A program made the position numbers and the translations under genes. A DNA stretch of 64,000 nt from an uncultured Planctomycetales bacterium (GTDB lineage: Bacteria; Omnitrophota; Gorgyraeia; Zapsychrales; JAHFFX01), in the NCBI GenBank assembly GCA_964464475.1, contig CAYXGG010000001.1:23174-87173 (forward strand), read 5' to 3'. Below are positions 60,961-64,000 of this stretch, in pieces (the first letter of the stretch is position 1; every line of letters begins with the position of its first letter). The notes under the pieces are model-generated. The model saw only the letters and a list, made by a program, of their open reading frames with translations, did not search any database and had not been told where the DNA came from.

Positions 60961-63045
60961 ATGGCCGCTTTTACTCATATCGTTAATAAATTTCAAACGG
61001 TCCGCCAGATTCCCATTTTTAGCAAATTGAATTGGTTTGAGCTGCATACAGTGGCGACTCGAACCTCTTTTGCGGAATACAAAAAAGGTGAGATCGTCTG
61101 CCTGGAAGGTTCGCCGCCGGACGCTCTGTATTGTGTCGTGTCTGGCCGCGTTCAGGCTTTTCATACCAAACCCAACGGTGACAAGGAAGATGTTGAACTG
61201 ATTCTGCGGGGGATGCATTTTGGCATCATTTCGTTGTTGACGGGTGAGCACCATTCGTTAACCTTTCAGGCGTTGAATGATTCGGTCATTTTGAAAATTA
61301 ATAAAGATGATTTCGCGGTAATCCTGAAAGCTGTTCCCAAACTGGGTATAGAATTCAGTCGGAGCCTGTCTCGTCGGGTGCGCAATCAGGTCATCCGTTC
61401 GAAAACAGTTTTTGAAAGCACGATTATTTCTGTGTATAGCCCGGTGAAGGGATCGGGCAGTTCGACGTTCGCGATTAATCTGGCTTTGAGTCTTCAGCGT
61501 GAAACGAAGCGAAAGGTGATTTTTATCGGCGTTAATGCGCCTTCTTTGGATGTTAATCCGGGCACATCGGGAGGATCGAATTCTGCGCCTTCCTGGAAAA
61601 AAACGCCCATTATGCTTAAAGACATTTTAGGGAACGCGGAGAAAATAAAGGCTAGTATTACTAAAGATGAGATCGCGATTGATTTAATCAACATCCAAAT
61701 CAATCCTCAGGACGCGGAAGTCGTCCGCAAGATTAGTCAGTTTATTACCAGTTTGACTAACGATTATCACTATGTGGTCGTGGACTTGCCGAATGATCGT
61801 GATGAAGTCGTTTTTGAAACGCTTTTGCAGTCGGATCATGTCTATTTGTTGTCGCAAGATGAGAACGAGGATTTGCTCCTGGTAAAACACGTCATCGAAC
61901 GGTTGAAAGAATCTTTAAAGTTGAATTTTGATAAGGATAAAGTTCAGTTTGTTCTAAGTTGTATTCAGCCGAAATGTTTTCTTTCCTATCGAGATGTGCA
62001 ACAAGCGCTGGATTATCCGGTGAGTCACGCGTTGCCTTATATGCAAGCCGCGGAGCTTAATACGCCGGTTGTCTGCAGTGCGATGTCCATATTAACTCCC
62101 GGATTGACGAGTGAATACGCGAGGGCAACGTCATATTTGGCACGTAGAATTGGTGGAGTTCTGGTTGGGGTGGTTCTGGGCGGAGGAGCAGCGCTTGGCG
62201 TGGCGCATGTCGGGGTTATTCGCGTTCTGGAGAAAGAAAATATTCCGGTCGATATGATCGTGGGTAGTAGTATTGGCGCGTTAATCGGAGCCTTGTGGGC
62301 AACGGGCCGCAACGCAGAACAACTGGAGGTCGTAGCGAGAGAATTTGAGTCTAAAAAATCTCTGTCAAAGTTAATTGATCCGGTTTTTCCCAAAGCTGCG
62401 TTTGTGGGAGGAAAAGCGATTGAACGCTGGCTGCGCAAGCACTTGGGGCACGCGACATTTATGGGAGCGGCCATCCCTTTAAAAGTGGTCGCCTATGATT
62501 TGTTGCATCGGGAAGAGATAGTCATTTCGGAAGGTTCGCTTGTTGACGCGGTTCGCAAAAGTATTGCCATCCCCGGTGTTATCGCTCCTATCCAGCAGAA
62601 AGAAAAATTGATAATCGATGGAGGCGTTTTAAATCCCTTGCCAACGAATGTGCTGGTCAACGCGGGTATTAAGAAAATTATCGCGATTAACGTTTTGCAG
62701 TCTCCTGCGGACGTGGCCAAAGGATATGAAATTTCGAGAGAGAAGATGACGCGAGAAGAACAGATTCCTTTTTCTAAAGCACCCGGACAATTTGTGGGTA
62801 TTCGCTTACAGCGTTTTGCCCGTAAGATTTTTTGGCCTAATATTTCAGACATTATCGTCCGAACGTTACAGGCATCTGAATTTGTGATTGCTCAGCAAAG
62901 CGCTACTCAGGCCGATGTGTTGATTCATCCTGACTTATCGGGCATTAACTGGTTTGAGTTATATCAAGTGAATCGCTTGATTCGTAGTGGAGAGGAGGCT
63001 GCGTATAAATTGCTTCCGGACATTAAGAAGCTCGTTTTTGATTGA
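60961..63045 (+). CDS. cNMP-binding + ParA/MinD-like + patatin phospholipase
   Basis: CAP domain (LYCVVSGRV..FGIISLL), ISVYSPVKGSGSSTFAINLA..YVVVDLP, patatin GGGAALG / GSSIG / DGG. Confidence 0.85.
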   Translation: MAAFTHIVNKFQTVRQIPIFSKLNWFELHTVATRTSFAEYKKGEIVCLEGSPPDALYCVVSGRVQAFHTKPNGDKEDVELILRGMHFGIISLLTGEHHSLTFQALNDSVILKINKDDFAVILKAVPKLGIEFSRSLSRRVRNQVIRSKTVFESTIISVYSPVKGSGSSTFAINLALSLQRETKRKVIFIGVNAPSLDVNPGTSGGSNSAPSWKKTPIMLKDILGNAEKIKASITKDEIAIDLINIQINPQDAEVVRKISQFITSLTNDYHYVVVDLPNDRDEVVFETLLQSDHVYLLSQDENEDLLLVKHVIERLKESLKLNFDKDKVQFVLSCIQPKCFLSYRDVQQALDYPVSHALPYMQAAELNTPVVCSAMSILTPGLTSEYARATSYLARRIGGVLVGVVLGGGAALGVAHVGVIRVLEKENIPVDMIVGSSIGALIGALWATGRNAEQLEVVAREFESKKSLSKLIDPVFPKAAFVGGKAIERWLRKHLGHATFMGAAIPLKVVAYDLLHREEIVISEGSLVDAVRKSIAIPGVIAPIQQKEKLIIDGGVLNPLPTNVLVNAGIKKIIAINVLQSPADVAKGYEISREKMTREEQIPFSKAPGQFVGIRLQRFARKIFWPNISDIIVRTLQASEFVIAQQSATQADVLIHPDLSGINWFELYQVNRLIRSGEEAAYKLLPDIKKLVFD

Positions 63046-63098
63046 GTCTGCATCATCCGTTCCGCGGTCTTTCCGTAATCCCGCCAAGAATAATTCGC

Positions 63099-63126
63099 TT
63101 GAAACTAAGTTGCATTTGCCTATAAT
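63099..63126 (+). promoter_or_regulatory. Sigma70 promoter for fur, likely leaderless
   Basis: TTGAAA-16 bp-TATAAT; ATG 63134 lies 7 nt downstream with no SD. Confidence 0.55.
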
Positions 63127-63133
63127 ACCCCCC

Positions 63134-63571
63134 ATGTCATCGACCTGTCTTCCTGAAGAATTATTGGCCCAAGCTGGTTTAGCTTTTAGCGACCACCGTT
63201 GTCTGGTTTTGGAAACTATCCATGCGGCTAAAAAAGCGATATCCAGCAAAGAAATATTACTGCGGGCACGCAAACGTAATACCGTCGACAAGGTGACTGT
63301 TTACCGGATTTTAGATTTGCTGGTTGACAAAAAGCTGGTACGCAGGATATCTGCGTTAGATGGCGTGTTGCGCTACGAAGTCGTCTGCGCGGCGCATCAT
63401 CCGGAACATGGGCATTTTGAATGTCGTGACTGCGGCGAGATAGAGTGCTTGGCGGGGATCAATTGGGATCGAGTTAAACGGGAAGTGATGGCGCTGGGCC
63501 GCTTTGGTTTGCAGTCGGTTGGGATAAAAGTTGAAGGGGTGTGTTTAAAATGTCAAAAAAGGAGCCGTTAA
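63134..63571 (+). CDS. fur: Fur/Zur-family metalloregulator
   Basis: VTVYRILDLL, HHPEHGHFECRDCG, VEGVCLKC. Start re-assigned to ATG 63134. Confidence 0.88.
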   Translation: MSSTCLPEELLAQAGLAFSDHRCLVLETIHAAKKAISSKEILLRARKRNTVDKVTVYRILDLLVDKKLVRRISALDGVLRYEVVCAAHHPEHGHFECRDCGEIECLAGINWDRVKREVMALGRFGLQSVGIKVEGVCLKCQKRSR

Positions 63572-64000
63572 TGGCGTCAAAGAAAATACGTTATATCGCA
63601 ACTGAACTGGGGCATCATTTGCCCTATACCATCTTTGGCGTGACGATGGGTTTGGTGCTCATGGGGATTTTTACTTTTTTTGCGATATTGATGCGCGCGG
63701 AAGAGCAGTTGGCGGAAGCCTCCAAGGAGTTCTTTCACGTGACCCACGCGAGTCATATTTTATTTAGTTCGGTAACCACAACCGCAATGTTCTGGAAACA
63801 TGAAAAAAGAATCCTTAAAGCCGTTTTGGTCGGATTTCTGGGGTCACTAGCGGTTTGCGGGCTTAGCGATGCGTTTTTCCCTTTTCTGGGAGGGCAATGG
63901 CTGATGGGAGGCGATATGGCCATACATATTTGTGTGTTGGAACATCCGGATATGATCATCCCCTTTGCCATCATGGGTGTGATAGGAGGGTTATTGATTC
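63571..64000 (+). CDS. His-rich multi-pass membrane protein, 3'-truncated (not in ORF track); possible metal permease
   Basis: ATG overlaps the fur TAA. Own translation MASKKIRYIATELGHHLPYTIFG..FFHVTHASHILFSS..VCGLSD..HICVLEHP stays open to the window end. Confidence 0.75.
   Translation, partial: MASKKIRYIATELGHHLPYTIFGVTMGLVLMGIFTFFAILMRAEEQLAEASKEFFHVTHASHILFSSVTTTAMFWKHEKRILKAVLVGFLGSLAVCGLSDAFFPFLGGQWLMGGDMAIHICVLEHPDMIIPFAIMGVIGGLLI

Noticed and set aside
63753-63974. 73-aa minus-strand ORF at the window end
   Set aside because: Antisense to the longer + strand membrane protein that starts at 63571.

Overview
Bacterial window of about 47% GC by eye, almost entirely on the + strand. Gene content is most consistent with Candidatus Omnitrophota or a similar candidate phylum (inference). 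(1) 1-20141: the 3' part of a giant gene (>6,711 aa, open at the window edge), built of roughly 490 tandem 13-aa G-[VI]-N-W-x-D repeats punctuated by 11-aa nodes and ending in a coiled-coil-like domain. (2) 20160-37021: a membrane-anchored two-repeat exported protein, then a rearranged F-type ATPase cluster (alpha, short epsilon, two different c-like subunits, b-delta fusion, gamma, beta; no subunit a). This runs with a 2-bp gap into a T2SS/type IV pilus-like cluster (GspE-PilZ, GspF, HExxH peptidase, GspG/I/J/K, PilM-N fusion, PilO, TPR; no secretin). It is closed by a convergent STT3/PglB-type oligosaccharyltransferase with WWPPG instead of WWDxG. (3) 39800-64000: tRNA-Lys(CTT), split transketolase and transaldolase, a CsoR-controlled CusCBA copper efflux cluster, fatty-acid beta-oxidation genes with a cNMP-ParA-patatin lipase, a Fur-family regulator and a truncated His-rich membrane protein. 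The best candidate for an undescribed system is the giant repeat protein + a-less rotary ATPase + T2SS-like machine + atypical OST locus. All calls come from motif recognition by eye; no searches were run.
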